Part shown: piece after piece, positions 40,026 to 50,711 of the stretch | Position numbering within the stretch: position 1 is the first letter of the stretch | Layout of the letters: every line of letters starts with the position of its first letter | Virus record (IMG/VR): IMGVR_UViG_3300024999_000045 | Coordinates: 66,450-130,449 of that record | Direction: 5' to 3' (one strand) | Length of the DNA stretch: 64,000 nt | DNA from: a virus | Position numbers and translations under genes: made by a program | Notes under the pieces: model-generated | The model's input: the letters and a program-made list of their open reading frames with translations, nothing else | Told to the model about the DNA's origin: nothing | Databases searched by the model: none

Positions 40026-40895
40026 TCACGCAGGTTCTTCATCTGCCACTATAACAATTTTTACATCTTTTTTCTTTTGAGTTGGAAGTCCGGCAGGTGG
40101 GTCATTTTTAACAAATACTTTATGTGTTACTGGTGATAAATCAACCAAACCAACAAGATAGATAATTGCATTTTGATTATGACTTGCTCTAGAAGTTCCG
40201 TTATATCCTCTTAAAACTTGAATATCAACTCCAGAAACTGCAACAACTTTCATTTCTTCACTATCTATTTTAATAGTACTACCAACTGCATATTTTAGAG
40301 CATTATTTGATTTAATAATGTTTGATGTGTCTAAATTATCTACTGCTAAAGTTAATATTGAAGGATCTATTCCAGTTGTGATAGATGCACCAGCAGCTAA
40401 GAATGTTCCAGCAGTATTATAAGTAGTATCACTTGGGTCTGGCAAAGCTAGAGAAACGGCAGAAGTATCTGCTGTTAAAACTGCACCAATTGAATGAGAT
40501 GACATTGTTGAAGATTTTCCATCTGCTGTATAGTTACGTGTTACACGGATTGATGTGCCACTTAAAACTTCTTCTACACGCATACGCTCAAGACCAACTT
40601 TTAAAATTGTCCCGATATTGAAGCCATCGATACTGTCACAAATCACGGACGTATCTGAAATACTGGAAATTAATGCTTGTGCTAAAATATAAGAAACTCC
40701 CTCTACGTTTAGTTTAATTGAAGTATATATAAGCGGTGGCGGATTTAAATCTGGACTCACGTTAGCCCGCGCAGGTGAATTATTTAAATAAATTTGCGTA
40801 ATAACACTTTCTCCCTCGGATGTGTGTTTTGTTTGGATGGGTAACGAACTGCTAACATTTCCGCTTCCATCGGAATTTAAAGTTAAATAAATCAT
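40026..40895 (-). CDS. Structural protein with two internal beta-repeats
   Basis: Duplicated G.ILK...E.M.V..VSG....V.R.Y unit. Confidence 0.6.
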   Translation of the reverse strand: MIYLTLNSDGSGNVSSSLPIQTKHTSEGESVITQIYLNNSPARANVSPDLNPPPLIYTSIKLNVEGVSYILAQALISSISDTSVICDSIDGFNIGTILKVGLERMRVEEVLSGTSIRVTRNYTADGKSSTMSSHSIGAVLTADTSAVSLALPDPSDTTYNTAGTFLAAGASITTGIDPSILTLAVDNLDTSNIIKSNNALKYAVGSTIKIDSEEMKVVAVSGVDIQVLRGYNGTSRASHNQNAIIYLVGLVDLSPVTHKVFVKNDPPAGLPTQKKKDVKIVIVADEEPA

Positions 40896-41018
40896 TTTAT
40901 TTTTCTCCTTTATAATTAAATTTTTTCAATTAAAAAAGACACATTTTGTGTCCCTATGTTCAAACTTTTTATTTTTTCTTCTAATTTTTATATTAAAAAA
41001 GAGATAACACAGTATCCC

Positions 41019-41603
41019 TTATCCCTTTGAATTTCCTTTGTTAGCAAATTCCATTAAATTTTGTAACTCTTTTAACTTACTTGGGTCAAAATTCTTCACA
41101 GTATCAATTAAATTTGGCATTTGTTCAGTAATTTCACCTAAAAATGATTTAATAACACTATTAAAAGTGTTTTGACTTTCTAAACGCTTTTTAAATTCAT
41201 TAATTTCTAAATTAATTTGTTCTGATAGCATTGAAATTTCTTCTTGTGGTAATTCAAAATAAATAGCATTAAAAATACCAAAATCAGGTCGCATAATTAA
41301 ATCATATCTTTCAGATATATTTACATATTTGCTACCATCTTCATTAATCCCAAATTCTTCATTATCAAATAAATTAGTAAAATATTTCACTAAACAATAA
41401 TCAAAAAATAAGTCTTTTTTAAATGATGAATATAATCCATCTTCATCAAAGCAATATTCTATTACTTCATTTATAAAATTACCTTTTTCATTTATTGAGA
41501 GGTATTCTTTTACCTCAACATCAATTTCATTGATTTTTATAACTTTATTTTGTAAATCGCTTAATTTTCCTATAATTTTTCTCAATATTGATTTTTTAGC
41601 CAT
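41019..41603 (-). CDS. Probable tail assembly chaperone
   Basis: Acidic, helical; downstream of the major tail gene. Confidence 0.45.
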   Translation of the reverse strand: MAKKSILRKIIGKLSDLQNKVIKINEIDVEVKEYLSINEKGNFINEVIEYCFDEDGLYSSFKKDLFFDYCLVKYFTNLFDNEEFGINEDGSKYVNISERYDLIMRPDFGIFNAIYFELPQEEISMLSEQINLEINEFKKRLESQNTFNSVIKSFLGEITEQMPNLIDTVKNFDPSKLKELQNLMEFANKGNSKG

Positions 41604-41789
41604 TTTGTTCTCCTTTTAATCGTTTTTGGGTATTTTCACTGATTTTTAGAAACTCATTTTTTTGAAACCTAGTCGTACCAAGGGTTACGGGGTTCGGTAT
41701 TTTAAATAAAATAGTCATTTTGTTTAATTTAAAAAAAGATAAAAAAATAGACGGTGTAAACAATTTTCATCATTTACACCGTCAGGTTA

Positions 41790-42068
41790 TTATCTTTTAC
41801 TATTATATTTATTTTCTATAATAGTCTTCTCTGGTTCAAGCTTTACAATTGGCTTTACTTCTTCAATCGTAAAATCTTTCCAGTTTTTTTCGACAGGAGT
41901 AAACATTTGCTTTATTTCTTCAATACTAAAATTAAAGATTTGAACTCCATTTGTTATAGTGCAATTTTCACCATTTTGTTTTACAGTATAAACCGTATTT
42001 AAGCTAATTCCATTTCTAGGACAAGCAGGCGAATTATATCTAACTTTTACGTCATTAAGATTTCTCAT
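41790..42068 (-). CDS. Hypothetical protein
   Basis: ORF track; GGTG RBS; followed by a hairpin at 41750-41783. Confidence 0.6.
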   Translation of the reverse strand: MRNLNDVKVRYNSPACPRNGISLNTVYTVKQNGENCTITNGVQIFNFSIEEIKQMFTPVEKNWKDFTIEEVKPIVKLEPEKTIIENKYNSKR

Positions 42069-42088
42069 TTAATCACCATTCCTAATTA

Positions 42089-42874
42089 TTAAGCTAACAC
42101 AATTGTATCAAAGAATACTTTATCTCCATCAATCTCAACTGTATACAAGTCACACTCAAAAAGCATCTCAGTAGCACCATCACTTGTCATTGTGAATTCG
42201 AAGTTTGGTTTAACCTTTGCCTTTTTGATATCAAACTTAACAACATGTTTTGTTCCATCTACTTCGTCAGTAACAACCCCATCACCAGTAATTCTAATAA
42301 ATCCTGGGAAATCATTAGCAGTAACTGAAATTTTCTTAGCAGTAATAGCGGTTTGATATTCATAATAAGCAATAAAAACTGTACCTTCTGCTCCAGAAGT
42401 TGCATGTAAAGTAATTACTTTATCTATGATTGAATAAGTGTTTTCAGTAGTAGCAGGTGTTCCAATTAATTGCTCAATTCCATTATCTCTTCCCGCATCT
42501 TTAATATATATTCTTAAACTGCCAGTTAAAGGTGTCTCAGCAAGAGTAATAGTATTTGTAGCACTTGCTGTTAAAACTTCTCTGTTTGGAGCATTAGTAG
42601 CTCCAGTTATAACTGCTTTACCAAGCAATTCGCCTAGTGCTTCAAGGTCTACAACTGGAAAAGAAGCATTAAATGTAGCATCTTTTGTATGGTCTTTAGA
42701 ATATAGTTTATAGTTTCCTTGACCTCCACGTAAATCTAGTCTTTCAGATGAAGTTCCAACAGATGAACTTTTAGCATAATCTGAATAAAAAATCGGATCC
42801 CCACCGAAACCATTTGTATTAAATTTTGAAACTGTAATATTTAAAACTTCATCGAACACGAACTGTTTTGACAT
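42089..42874 (-). CDS. Major tail tube protein
   Basis: Size, position, LRGGQGN, FPGFIRITGD...F.MTSDG motifs; no sheath gene nearby. Confidence 0.7.
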   Translation of the reverse strand: MSKQFVFDEVLNITVSKFNTNGFGGDPIFYSDYAKSSSVGTSSERLDLRGGQGNYKLYSKDHTKDATFNASFPVVDLEALGELLGKAVITGATNAPNREVLTASATNTITLAETPLTGSLRIYIKDAGRDNGIEQLIGTPATTENTYSIIDKVITLHATSGAEGTVFIAYYEYQTAITAKKISVTANDFPGFIRITGDGVVTDEVDGTKHVVKFDIKKAKVKPNFEFTMTSDGATEMLFECDLYTVEIDGDKVFFDTIVLA

Positions 42875-42908
42875 TTATATTTCCTCCTGTATTATGTTTA
42901 TATTTTAC

Positions 42909-43649
42909 TTATAATTTACTAGACCAATGTTTTAAAGACTCATCTTTCGATGCTCCATGAATCAACGAATTGATATTTATGTGATAAGTATCAATAGCAT
43001 TTAATCTTTTAAATTGGTCTATTAATTGATAAATTGTTAAATTTCCTATATTTAGTAAATTTATACTAGGGTGTTTTGCGCAAACGGCAGATATAATATC
43101 ATTTAAGTTATTATCATCAACATTCTTTTCTTTGTTATTAAAACACTTATTATATTTTTTACGCATTTCTTCTAATTTCTTTTCAAAGGAATTTTTTGGC
43201 TTATTTACTTTACTATTTAGACAATTTTGGATTTTTAATACCTTAGCAAGTTCATCAAAATTATCTTCATTAATAATTAAATATTCTGGCTTATCTGGAT
43301 TAAATTCGCCAATCATAAATCCAAAATTGGTATAAGAAATCTTCTGTTTTAAAAAACTTTCTAAACCTAATAATATTAATTTCATTACCTTTTCTTTACT
43401 TTTACATAAAGTTTGAACGTATAAATATGGGGTAATTTCATCTAATATATCTTCATTTTCAATATTTGCTATAAGGTCTTCTTTATTGCAGCATAATAAT
43501 CCAAGAAATTCATTATAATCTGAAATTCCTATTTTAATAAGAATCTCATCAAGTAATAATGGATAAATACTTCCTATACTTTCTATGTAGAGAGGGGAAT
43601 TTAATAATAATCTAGATTCAATATCTAATTCTTTAATCTTATCATCCAT
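42909..43649 (-). CDS. Conserved tail-region protein
   Basis: LTIYQLIDQFKRL C-terminus; synteny. Confidence 0.55.
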   Translation of the reverse strand: MDDKIKELDIESRLLLNSPLYIESIGSIYPLLLDEILIKIGISDYNEFLGLLCCNKEDLIANIENEDILDEITPYLYVQTLCKSKEKVMKLILLGLESFLKQKISYTNFGFMIGEFNPDKPEYLIINEDNFDELAKVLKIQNCLNSKVNKPKNSFEKKLEEMRKKYNKCFNNKEKNVDDNNLNDIISAVCAKHPSINLLNIGNLTIYQLIDQFKRLNAIDTYHININSLIHGASKDESLKHWSSKL

Positions 43650-44149
43650 TATTTAAAACCTTTATTTGCATCACCAACATTATAAGTTAATCTATAACCT
43701 ATATAATTAATAGGTGCGCTAATAGGTCTTCCGTCATCATACGTTATTTTACCTAATCCCGTAATTCTCTCATAAAATAATAAATCGTTTACCCTATCAC
43801 ATATTTTGCATAGTCTTAAATCTTTTTCATCAAAATCAAAATGTACTAGAACATCTATTATTATATTTTGATTTGCAATTAAATAATTTCCATTTGACCT
43901 ACGATTGCCAGGATAAACTAATATTCTACATTTAGAAACAGTATCAAGACCATCAACTTTTGGAGTAGTTTTAATTGAATCATTTATGAATATCCACAAA
44001 TCTTCTTCATCGAGTTCTAATACATTTGGTTTGTCTGTCGATAAAGGGTCGTCAATACCACTAGTTGGTTTATAATAAAGGAGTCTTAATAATGTCTCAT
44101 CTTCACAAAAAACCTTAAAAACATCTTTTATACATTTCTCCATATTCAT
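43649..44149 (-). CDS. Probable tail terminator protein
   Basis: Synteny; RLCKICDRVNDLL...GYRLTY pattern. Confidence 0.55.
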   Translation of the reverse strand: MNMEKCIKDVFKVFCEDETLLRLLYYKPTSGIDDPLSTDKPNVLELDEEDLWIFINDSIKTTPKVDGLDTVSKCRILVYPGNRRSNGNYLIANQNIIIDVLVHFDFDEKDLRLCKICDRVNDLLFYERITGLGKITYDDGRPISAPINYIGYRLTYNVGDANKGFK

Positions 44150-44166
44150 ATTAATACATCACTCCT

Positions 44167-44841
44167 TTATATAACTCTATCTGCTAATAATTGAATAATA
44201 CCAACATTATTTAATACCTTTGAATAATCTATTCCAATAATTTTATAATCTAATCCATACATATTAAAGGTTTTACCTTCTTTTATATTTTCGTTTGTGC
44301 TATAAGACATTGTCACGGATAAATTATTATAAGGCAAATTAACATTTCTATTATCATCAAAAGAATATTGTTTAGTAGATGCAACACAATTAAATGTATC
44401 TAATGTACCTTCAACGCTTTCATAAATAGGTCTTCCTAAACTATCAGTTCCGACTTTAGTCTTTGTAATAGTAGAGGGAAAAGAAATTGTATTATTACAA
44501 ATAGAAATTATGAATTTATCACAAGTTTCAATTGTTTTATATTGTTTTGTAATTATTAACCAGTTATTATTTCTCCAATTAAAAAAATCACCAGCATTTA
44601 TATTATCTTCAGTTCTGCTTAATAGGATTTTAAAGTCATCTTTCTTGTCAGTATCAGAGTGATCCTGTATAGAAATTCTTACTTCATTTAATCCATTAAT
44701 TAAAACATCAAATGCATTTGGTGAATTGTTTAAATAATTTTCAAAATCAGTTTTCCCAAGAGATGTAACTTTTCCTTCTTCATTTATTCCAAAAGCATTT
44801 ACTCTTGATTTAAATGTATCCAAGTAAGCCAAATTATTCAC
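44167..44841 (-). CDS. Probable head closure / head-tail joining protein
   Basis: Synteny in the neck module. Confidence 0.55.
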   Translation of the reverse strand: MNNLAYLDTFKSRVNAFGINEEGKVTSLGKTDFENYLNNSPNAFDVLINGLNEVRISIQDHSDTDKKDDFKILLSRTEDNINAGDFFNWRNNNWLIITKQYKTIETCDKFIISICNNTISFPSTITKTKVGTDSLGRPIYESVEGTLDTFNCVASTKQYSFDDNRNVNLPYNNLSVTMSYSTNENIKEGKTFNMYGLDYKIIGIDYSKVLNNVGIIQLLADRVI

Positions 44842-45178
44842 CTCTCATAGACAGCTTTTTAACTCTATTAATGTTACCAAGAACAGTTTTTCTATATAAT
44901 TTTTGTTTTTCAATATTAGTTAAATTGTCTTGAATATCTATATATCTTAAACCCTCAAGTTGATTGGCAATGCTTATGTAAGAACAATTATTTAAGAACA
45001 TTTCATTAGCACCAATTATTTCTTCAATTAACGAATCAAGATAAGAAACCCAATCAAATTCTTGTTCTTTGAGTGGTAACAATTTATATATCTGATTTAC
45101 TAGGTAATCACAATATTCATTAAAAGTTGTTATATTAATACTACCATTAAACTTTATAGGGATTATATTCATAGTCAT
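44834..45178 (-). CDS. Hypothetical neck-region protein
   Basis: ORF track; overlaps both neighbours. Confidence 0.55.
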   Translation of the reverse strand: MTMNIIPIKFNGSINITTFNEYCDYLVNQIYKLLPLKEQEFDWVSYLDSLIEEIIGANEMFLNNCSYISIANQLEGLRYIDIQDNLTNIEKQKLYRKTVLGNINRVKKLSMRGE

Positions 45179-45624
45179 TAGATGCCTCCTGAAAGTCCCG
45201 TAAAGTTGGCACCGTTATCATTTCTGAATGAGTATTTAGTTTGCATTTCGTTACATTCATCTTGCATTTCTCTTTTCAACTTAATTAAAGCTTCCAAATG
45301 AGAAGCCTGACTTGAAATTCTGAAATCCTTATCTTGCATCTTTTGCCTAATATTATCGTATCTATTAACATCTCTTTTAAATTTCTCTAATTTCATCAAA
45401 CTTGATAAAATCTCAATTTCATCTAAACCTAAAGTCTGATTAAACTGTTTAAAGTCATCATCTTTATCTCTTAAATCAACTTTAGGATAATTAAACTGAA
45501 CAATTGCACTATTAAGTAGTTTTAACATATCAAATTCAGCATCATCTTGGCTTAAAAGAGTATATATCGGGTCATCAATTTTTGATAAATAACTATCAAA
45601 TACTTCTTCATACGAAGTGGACAT
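45178..45624 (-). CDS. Probable head-tail adaptor
   Basis: MSTSYEEVFDSYLSKI...SQASHL pattern; synteny. Confidence 0.6.
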   Translation of the reverse strand: MSTSYEEVFDSYLSKIDDPIYTLLSQDDAEFDMLKLLNSAIVQFNYPKVDLRDKDDDFKQFNQTLGLDEIEILSSLMKLEKFKRDVNRYDNIRQKMQDKDFRISSQASHLEALIKLKREMQDECNEMQTKYSFRNDNGANFTGLSGGI

Positions 45625-45639
45625 CTTTATCGCACTCCC

Positions 45640-46185
45640 TTATTGTGTATTTTTAATATCTTCAAATAGGTCTTCTTTTTTAGTAAAGGTTTTTATAATT
45701 TCCATTTTTGCATAATCATCAAATTTTTTCTCTCTAAAAAGCTCGATTGCTCTTTCAATAACTTTCTCAACAACTGCTTTATTATAATTAGTGATTATTT
45801 TTTCAAAATTGGATTTATTTGATTTGAGTATTAAATCATCAACATCTTTAATTTTATTGACATCATTATAAACAGTCTCTAATCTTAAATATGTTATTAC
45901 GTCTTCAACTGAAATTTCTTCATCCATAACTTCTATAATTCTTATCCATAAATTTTCTAACATTACTTTGTGCGAATTTTTTATACGCAATAATTCATCC
46001 ACTGTTATATATTCAATGTCACCATAATCGGACATTCTATATTCTTGAAGTGTTATTTTACTTTTATATAAAAATATTGCATTGGAATTATTCATGATTA
46101 CAATTTCAGTATCTTTACTTATGTTCTTCTTTCTTTTTACAACTTCTTTTGTACTTATAGTAGTGTCATTTTTAGTTTTTTGCAT
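45640..46185 (-). CDS. Hypothetical protein following the capsid gene
   Basis: ORF track. Confidence 0.6.
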   Translation of the reverse strand: MQKTKNDTTISTKEVVKRKKNISKDTEIVIMNNSNAIFLYKSKITLQEYRMSDYGDIEYITVDELLRIKNSHKVMLENLWIRIIEVMDEEISVEDVITYLRLETVYNDVNKIKDVDDLILKSNKSNFEKIITNYNKAVVEKVIERAIELFREKKFDDYAKMEIIKTFTKKEDLFEDIKNTQ

Positions 46186-46210
46186 TTTAAATCCCCCTTG
46201 TTTTCGTTAA

Positions 46211-46242
46211 AAATACAGAGAAGATTTCTCTTCTCTGTATTT
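46211..46242 (-). terminator. Terminator after the major capsid gene
   Basis: AAATACAGAGAAGA / TCTTCTCTGTATTT stem plus U-run. Confidence 0.8.
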
Positions 46243-46261
46243 AAATATAATGTTTATACTA

Positions 46262-47239
46262 TTAAGCTAATTGATATATTGCAAAATTTCTAGAAATTAG
46301 AACCGCAACTCCTGCTTTTCTACCGAAGAAGAATTCTAATTGACTATCATTTCTTACGCCAGCAGGTGTATCATAAACATAAGCATCACCTTCAAGAATA
46401 AGTTTAACGATTTTTTCACCATTTGGAACAACTAATAAGAAACTATCATTAACTCCAAAAGTATCAGTTCCAGCAAGATGTGCTTGAGGAAGTTCTAACA
46501 AAGCAGTTCCAGCAACATATCCATAATGCCCCATCATGTTTAATTCATCTTTCATTCTTTCAGATGGAGTAGCATCTGTGATTTTACCTAATGCTTTTTT
46601 AGTACCAAATACAACTGCTTTTTGACCAGTAGATGCTTCAATATGAGCAATCATATCTGTAAGAGTTGTTTTGTCATAAACCGCATTTACTTTATACGGA
46701 GCAACTAAAGCACTATATGAACCATAAATAGCATTGTAAATTTTTACTGCAACTTCATGAGCATATGATTGCATCACTTTATCAATCATTTTTGACCAAT
46801 TAATTCTGCCAGCAATAAATTTATCTAGTTCCTCATAGATTTTAACACCCATAAGTTCTGTTGCTACAGTAAGTTTTGTACCGTATATTTTTTGTCTACG
46901 AATATCAGTATTTCCATCAGCAATTGTTGCTACTTTAAACAATGAATTATCTTCAACATCAAATTCAATTGTATCGCCAAGATCAGTATCTCTTGTTTCA
47001 ACAAATTCGTCAAATTTTCCTGTTAAAAGTTCTCCTAATCCAATAGATAATACTTCTGACATTATTGCAAAAACTTTATATTTATTTTCTTGGAAACTAT
47101 AAATATTCCATTCTCCACCACAAGCTTCAATTACAGCAGTTTTTATTGCTAGTTCAGCTTCGTCTTTTGAATATTTTTGTACACTTCCGTTATAAACGTC
47201 ACGTGATAATTTTTGTAAATCAGTTAATTTTGAAATCAT
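46262..47239 (-). CDS. Major capsid protein
   Basis: 325 aa, downstream of protease/scaffold and decoration genes, followed by a strong terminator. Confidence 0.85.
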   Translation of the reverse strand: MISKLTDLQKLSRDVYNGSVQKYSKDEAELAIKTAVIEACGGEWNIYSFQENKYKVFAIMSEVLSIGLGELLTGKFDEFVETRDTDLGDTIEFDVEDNSLFKVATIADGNTDIRRQKIYGTKLTVATELMGVKIYEELDKFIAGRINWSKMIDKVMQSYAHEVAVKIYNAIYGSYSALVAPYKVNAVYDKTTLTDMIAHIEASTGQKAVVFGTKKALGKITDATPSERMKDELNMMGHYGYVAGTALLELPQAHLAGTDTFGVNDSFLLVVPNGEKIVKLILEGDAYVYDTPAGVRNDSQLEFFFGRKAGVAVLISRNFAIYQLA

Positions 47240-47265
47240 TTATTTTATTCCTCCCTTTATTTTAA

Positions 47266-47733
47266 TTAAGCAACTATAACTTCTAATACAGAAGCAGCTA
47301 CTCCGTTTAGAGTTGTTTTGTCTATTACAACAAAAGCTAGTTTTTGAGTCGTTGGTGCCAGAGCGCCTGCAACCATTTTTAATGCTGTGTCCACTGGGAT
47401 AACATATTCACCAACAACAGTAGCATTTGTAATACCATCATCTGTTATTGTTATAATGTCACCTTTTTCCATTACATAAAATCTTCCTGATTTACCTATT
47501 TCTAAAGTAAATTCATCTTCTAATTTTCTTTCGTCATACATAACACCAACTGAAGCATGAATTGCCATTCTATCGGCAGCAATTGCTACTGGAGCAGTTA
47601 CAACATATCCTTCTTTATCAGCACTAAGTGCGCCTAGTGAAACCACATTTCCTTGTTCTACTGCTACAGCCGCAACGCCATTTACTATATGAGCTGTACT
47701 TTTTACTTTATCAAGTCTAATCATTGTACTCAT
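47266..47733 (-). CDS. Probable capsid decoration protein
   Basis: Ala/Val-rich beta protein directly upstream of the capsid gene. Confidence 0.6.
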   Translation of the reverse strand: MSTMIRLDKVKSTAHIVNGVAAVAVEQGNVVSLGALSADKEGYVVTAPVAIAADRMAIHASVGVMYDERKLEDEFTLEIGKSGRFYVMEKGDIITITDDGITNATVVGEYVIPVDTALKMVAGALAPTTQKLAFVVIDKTTLNGVAASVLEVIVA

Positions 47734-47760
47734 ATTAATCCTCCTGTAATTTTCTGTTTT

Positions 47761-49023
47761 TTATTTTTTATTGAAATAAGCTGATGCTGAACCATAAGGC
47801 TCTACAACAGTGTTATTTTCTGTTGGAATAAAAACTTTAGATTTAACATTGTTATTATTTTTAGATTTTGAAAACTCTTTTTTAGATTTATATGCTAATG
47901 CACACAATTGGTCTTCTAGAATTGTCAAGTCCATAGATAATGCGTTTTCTCTAAGTTTTGTTAAATTTTCTATTGAAATTTCATTTTCAAAATTTTCAAA
48001 TAGTAAATCTATCTCAATTTGCTTTTCTTTTGTTTCAATATCTAACTTAAAATTAGATAGTTCTTCATTTAACTTTTCTAACTCTACAATTTTATTTTGC
48101 AGAACGTTAAATTCATTTTTTAGCAATTCAAATTCGTCAATGTTTTCCTCAGAATTTTCTTCAATTATTTCTCCGATTATTTCTTTAATTACAACTTCTT
48201 CAACAATTACTTTGTCTTCATTGATTTCAACTTCTGTTTTTTCACCTTCTGTTTCATCAACAATGTCAGATGTTTCATTATTTTCTTCAAAAGTTTCTGT
48301 GACTTCTTCTTTAACTTCTTCTACTATTTCTTCTGTTACTTCTTCAACATTTTCAATATTAGTTTCGTCTGTCACTGTTTTCACCTCCTTTAAAGAAAAT
48401 TTGAGTTCGTTTAACATTTGATTGAATTCTGATTTGAATTCTTCTTTATTGAATGAATAATTTATTATCTTACTTGATTCAAAGCAGGGTTCTACACTTG
48501 GATCTAAGACACAGAGCGCAGAGAACAAGGCGTCTTCAACTATGTAACAGTCGTTTTCATCCCATTTTCCTTTTAATATAGAAATTTCCATTGAGTGATT
48601 ATGATTCCCATCTAAAACCTTTTCGACATTTTTATATCTTCCAGTCCATAGGAATGCTGTACAACATAGATATTCATGTTCTGTAATTCCATCTTTTTCT
48701 CTTACAATTTCCCAAGTTATTTCTGTATCACTAGGAACCAGTCCTATCGGAACGGTAGTGTCTACAAACCTTACGCCGTTATCATCTATTTCTACACGTC
48801 CTCCGTGCGACCCGAAACTTTTATCTTCTTCTATCCATTCGCCAATCACGGGTATATTCTTTATTGTTGGCAACATCTTTTCTATAACTTCTTTGCTAAA
48901 GTAACTATTATTTCTGTTCTTGCCAGCATATAAAACCCTTATTCGTACACGACTAAATTCGGGATTTATCTTTTCAATACTAGTAATCGTAGATTCAAAT
49001 TGTAATCTTTTAATATCTTCCAA
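47761..49023 (-). CDS. Prohead protease / scaffold fusion
   Basis: HGG, HSMEI and FSALCVL protease motifs; acidic coiled-coil C-terminal scaffold. Confidence 0.8.
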   Translation of the reverse strand: MEDIKRLQFESTITSIEKINPEFSRVRIRVLYAGKNRNNSYFSKEVIEKMLPTIKNIPVIGEWIEEDKSFGSHGGRVEIDDNGVRFVDTTVPIGLVPSDTEITWEIVREKDGITEHEYLCCTAFLWTGRYKNVEKVLDGNHNHSMEISILKGKWDENDCYIVEDALFSALCVLDPSVEPCFESSKIINYSFNKEEFKSEFNQMLNELKFSLKEVKTVTDETNIENVEEVTEEIVEEVKEEVTETFEENNETSDIVDETEGEKTEVEINEDKVIVEEVVIKEIIGEIIEENSEENIDEFELLKNEFNVLQNKIVELEKLNEELSNFKLDIETKEKQIEIDLLFENFENEISIENLTKLRENALSMDLTILEDQLCALAYKSKKEFSKSKNNNNVKSKVFIPTENNTVVEPYGSASAYFNKK

Positions 49024-49063
49024 ATACTTTACTCCTTTCGCGCAAACATAAATAATATTATAT

Positions 49064-50578
49064 TTATATTTGTATATTAAAATTTTTCATAAAAAAAGAA
49101 GTTAGTTTTTCTCTAACTCCCTGAAAATTATTTTTTAAATCATAAGGATATAAATCTATAAAATAAATATCTTTATTTGACTTATAAAATTCATTTTTTC
49201 TATAAGTTTTTTGAACATAATTTTTTATTAAATCAGACTTATTTTTAATATTAAATAAACCATAATATTCTATAAAAAAAGGTTTGCTTAAAACAATATT
49301 TCTTAATTTTTTAATATAAAAATCGGGTAAATAATTTTCATTATTTTTTTTATTATAGAATTTATTCTTCTTTTTATTTGCTGTAATATTTAATTTAAGT
49401 TCATTATTCAAATAGTTGTATAAAGATACTTCCTCGTTCGAATCCAATATTACACCATCATATGATATATGTTTATTAAAGTTTTCAATTTTTATATCCC
49501 ATTCAGGGTGTAATTTGTTTAGCCATTCATAAAAATTATTATAATGATTATATGTTTGCAATATATATATTAATGTGCCAAGCCCTAATTCTCTAAGATT
49601 TTTTGCGTTAAATATGCTAGATAAATAAACCTTATCTTTGTTAATATTAAATTTTAACTTATTGTTTAAAATATATTCTAAATAATTATCACAATTTAAA
49701 ACATCTTTCCAATAATTTAAAGGAACGTTTATAAGTTCAAAAGGGTAAAAGTTATATTCTGGGAAAACTAAATTTAAATAATCACAAAAACATATTTTAA
49801 AATTTTTATAAAAATATATTTTATATTTAATTAAAGTTTTAGAATCAATTTTTAATATCTCACCCTTAGATTTATAACCCAATACATTATTTATTATATA
49901 TTTAGATAGTTTTATTAAATTATTATCATTAATAAGTTCTAATGGTATACATTTTAATTTTTTACCGTTTGGTGCTCCATAATATAACCATTTCCACCAC
50001 TGAATGATATCATAAGTATCTATTAAGTCATTTTTATTAAGAACAATACCCCATTTACTTCTGTATCTTTGAATTTTTGAAGAATTTTTTGAATAATCAT
50101 CTGTTTGAACAATGGGTATTTTATTTATATTAAATATACTTAATCTTAATGTACTAAATCTAGATCTTATAGCTTGTAAACTTCTATTTGGCAATAATTT
50201 CTTTATTTCTTCAAAGGTAGATAGTCCTCCAGAATTTCTTCTTAAAATTTCTTCTTCCTCGTAAGACCATTTGTTATTCCCATCTGCTATTTTTATATTA
50301 TGTTTTTTAGCTTGAGCATATATAGAATACATATTTTTATCTGATAATAATTTTTGTAATTCTTTTATTGTTTTATTTTGATTATTAAATAAAATTTCAA
50401 TATCTTTATCGGAAAAATAATTATATTTAGTTCCAAATTTAATTTTATCTCTTTTACACTTATTGATAATACTATCTTTAGTCCTATATGGAAACAACTC
50501 ACACAAGTAATCTATATTTTGGCCTTCATTTTTCTTTAGTAAATTAATTTCTTCTTCTGTCCATTTTTTACTACACAT
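49064..50578 (-). CDS. Free-standing putative homing endonuclease (Myb-like WTxEE repeats plus C-terminal PD-(D/E)xK domain)
   Basis: KWTEEEINLL, KWSYEEEEIL; DSNEE...YLPDFY...IEYYGL. Confidence 0.75.
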   Translation of the reverse strand: MCSKKWTEEEINLLKKNEGQNIDYLCELFPYRTKDSIINKCKRDKIKFGTKYNYFSDKDIEILFNNQNKTIKELQKLLSDKNMYSIYAQAKKHNIKIADGNNKWSYEEEEILRRNSGGLSTFEEIKKLLPNRSLQAIRSRFSTLRLSIFNINKIPIVQTDDYSKNSSKIQRYRSKWGIVLNKNDLIDTYDIIQWWKWLYYGAPNGKKLKCIPLELINDNNLIKLSKYIINNVLGYKSKGEILKIDSKTLIKYKIYFYKNFKICFCDYLNLVFPEYNFYPFELINVPLNYWKDVLNCDNYLEYILNNKLKFNINKDKVYLSSIFNAKNLRELGLGTLIYILQTYNHYNNFYEWLNKLHPEWDIKIENFNKHISYDGVILDSNEEVSLYNYLNNELKLNITANKKKNKFYNKKNNENYLPDFYIKKLRNIVLSKPFFIEYYGLFNIKNKSDLIKNYVQKTYRKNEFYKSNKDIYFIDLYPYDLKNNFQGVREKLTSFFMKNFNIQI

Positions 50579-50711
50579 CTTTAAACACCTCGTAAATTGT
50601 TTTATTTTCTCGTAAAATATAAATAAGGGAAAAAAGGTTACGAGGCACTTTCTTATCAGTTTAAATAGCTAATCCAAACCTATCCCAAAATTTCAAACTT
50701 TAAATTCAACT

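Noticed and set aside
47810-48421. 203-aa + strand ORF opposite the protease/scaffold gene, and many similar antisense ORFs in the track
   Set aside because: Shadow frames of Glu/Lys-rich coding sequence; no RBS or recognisable motifs.
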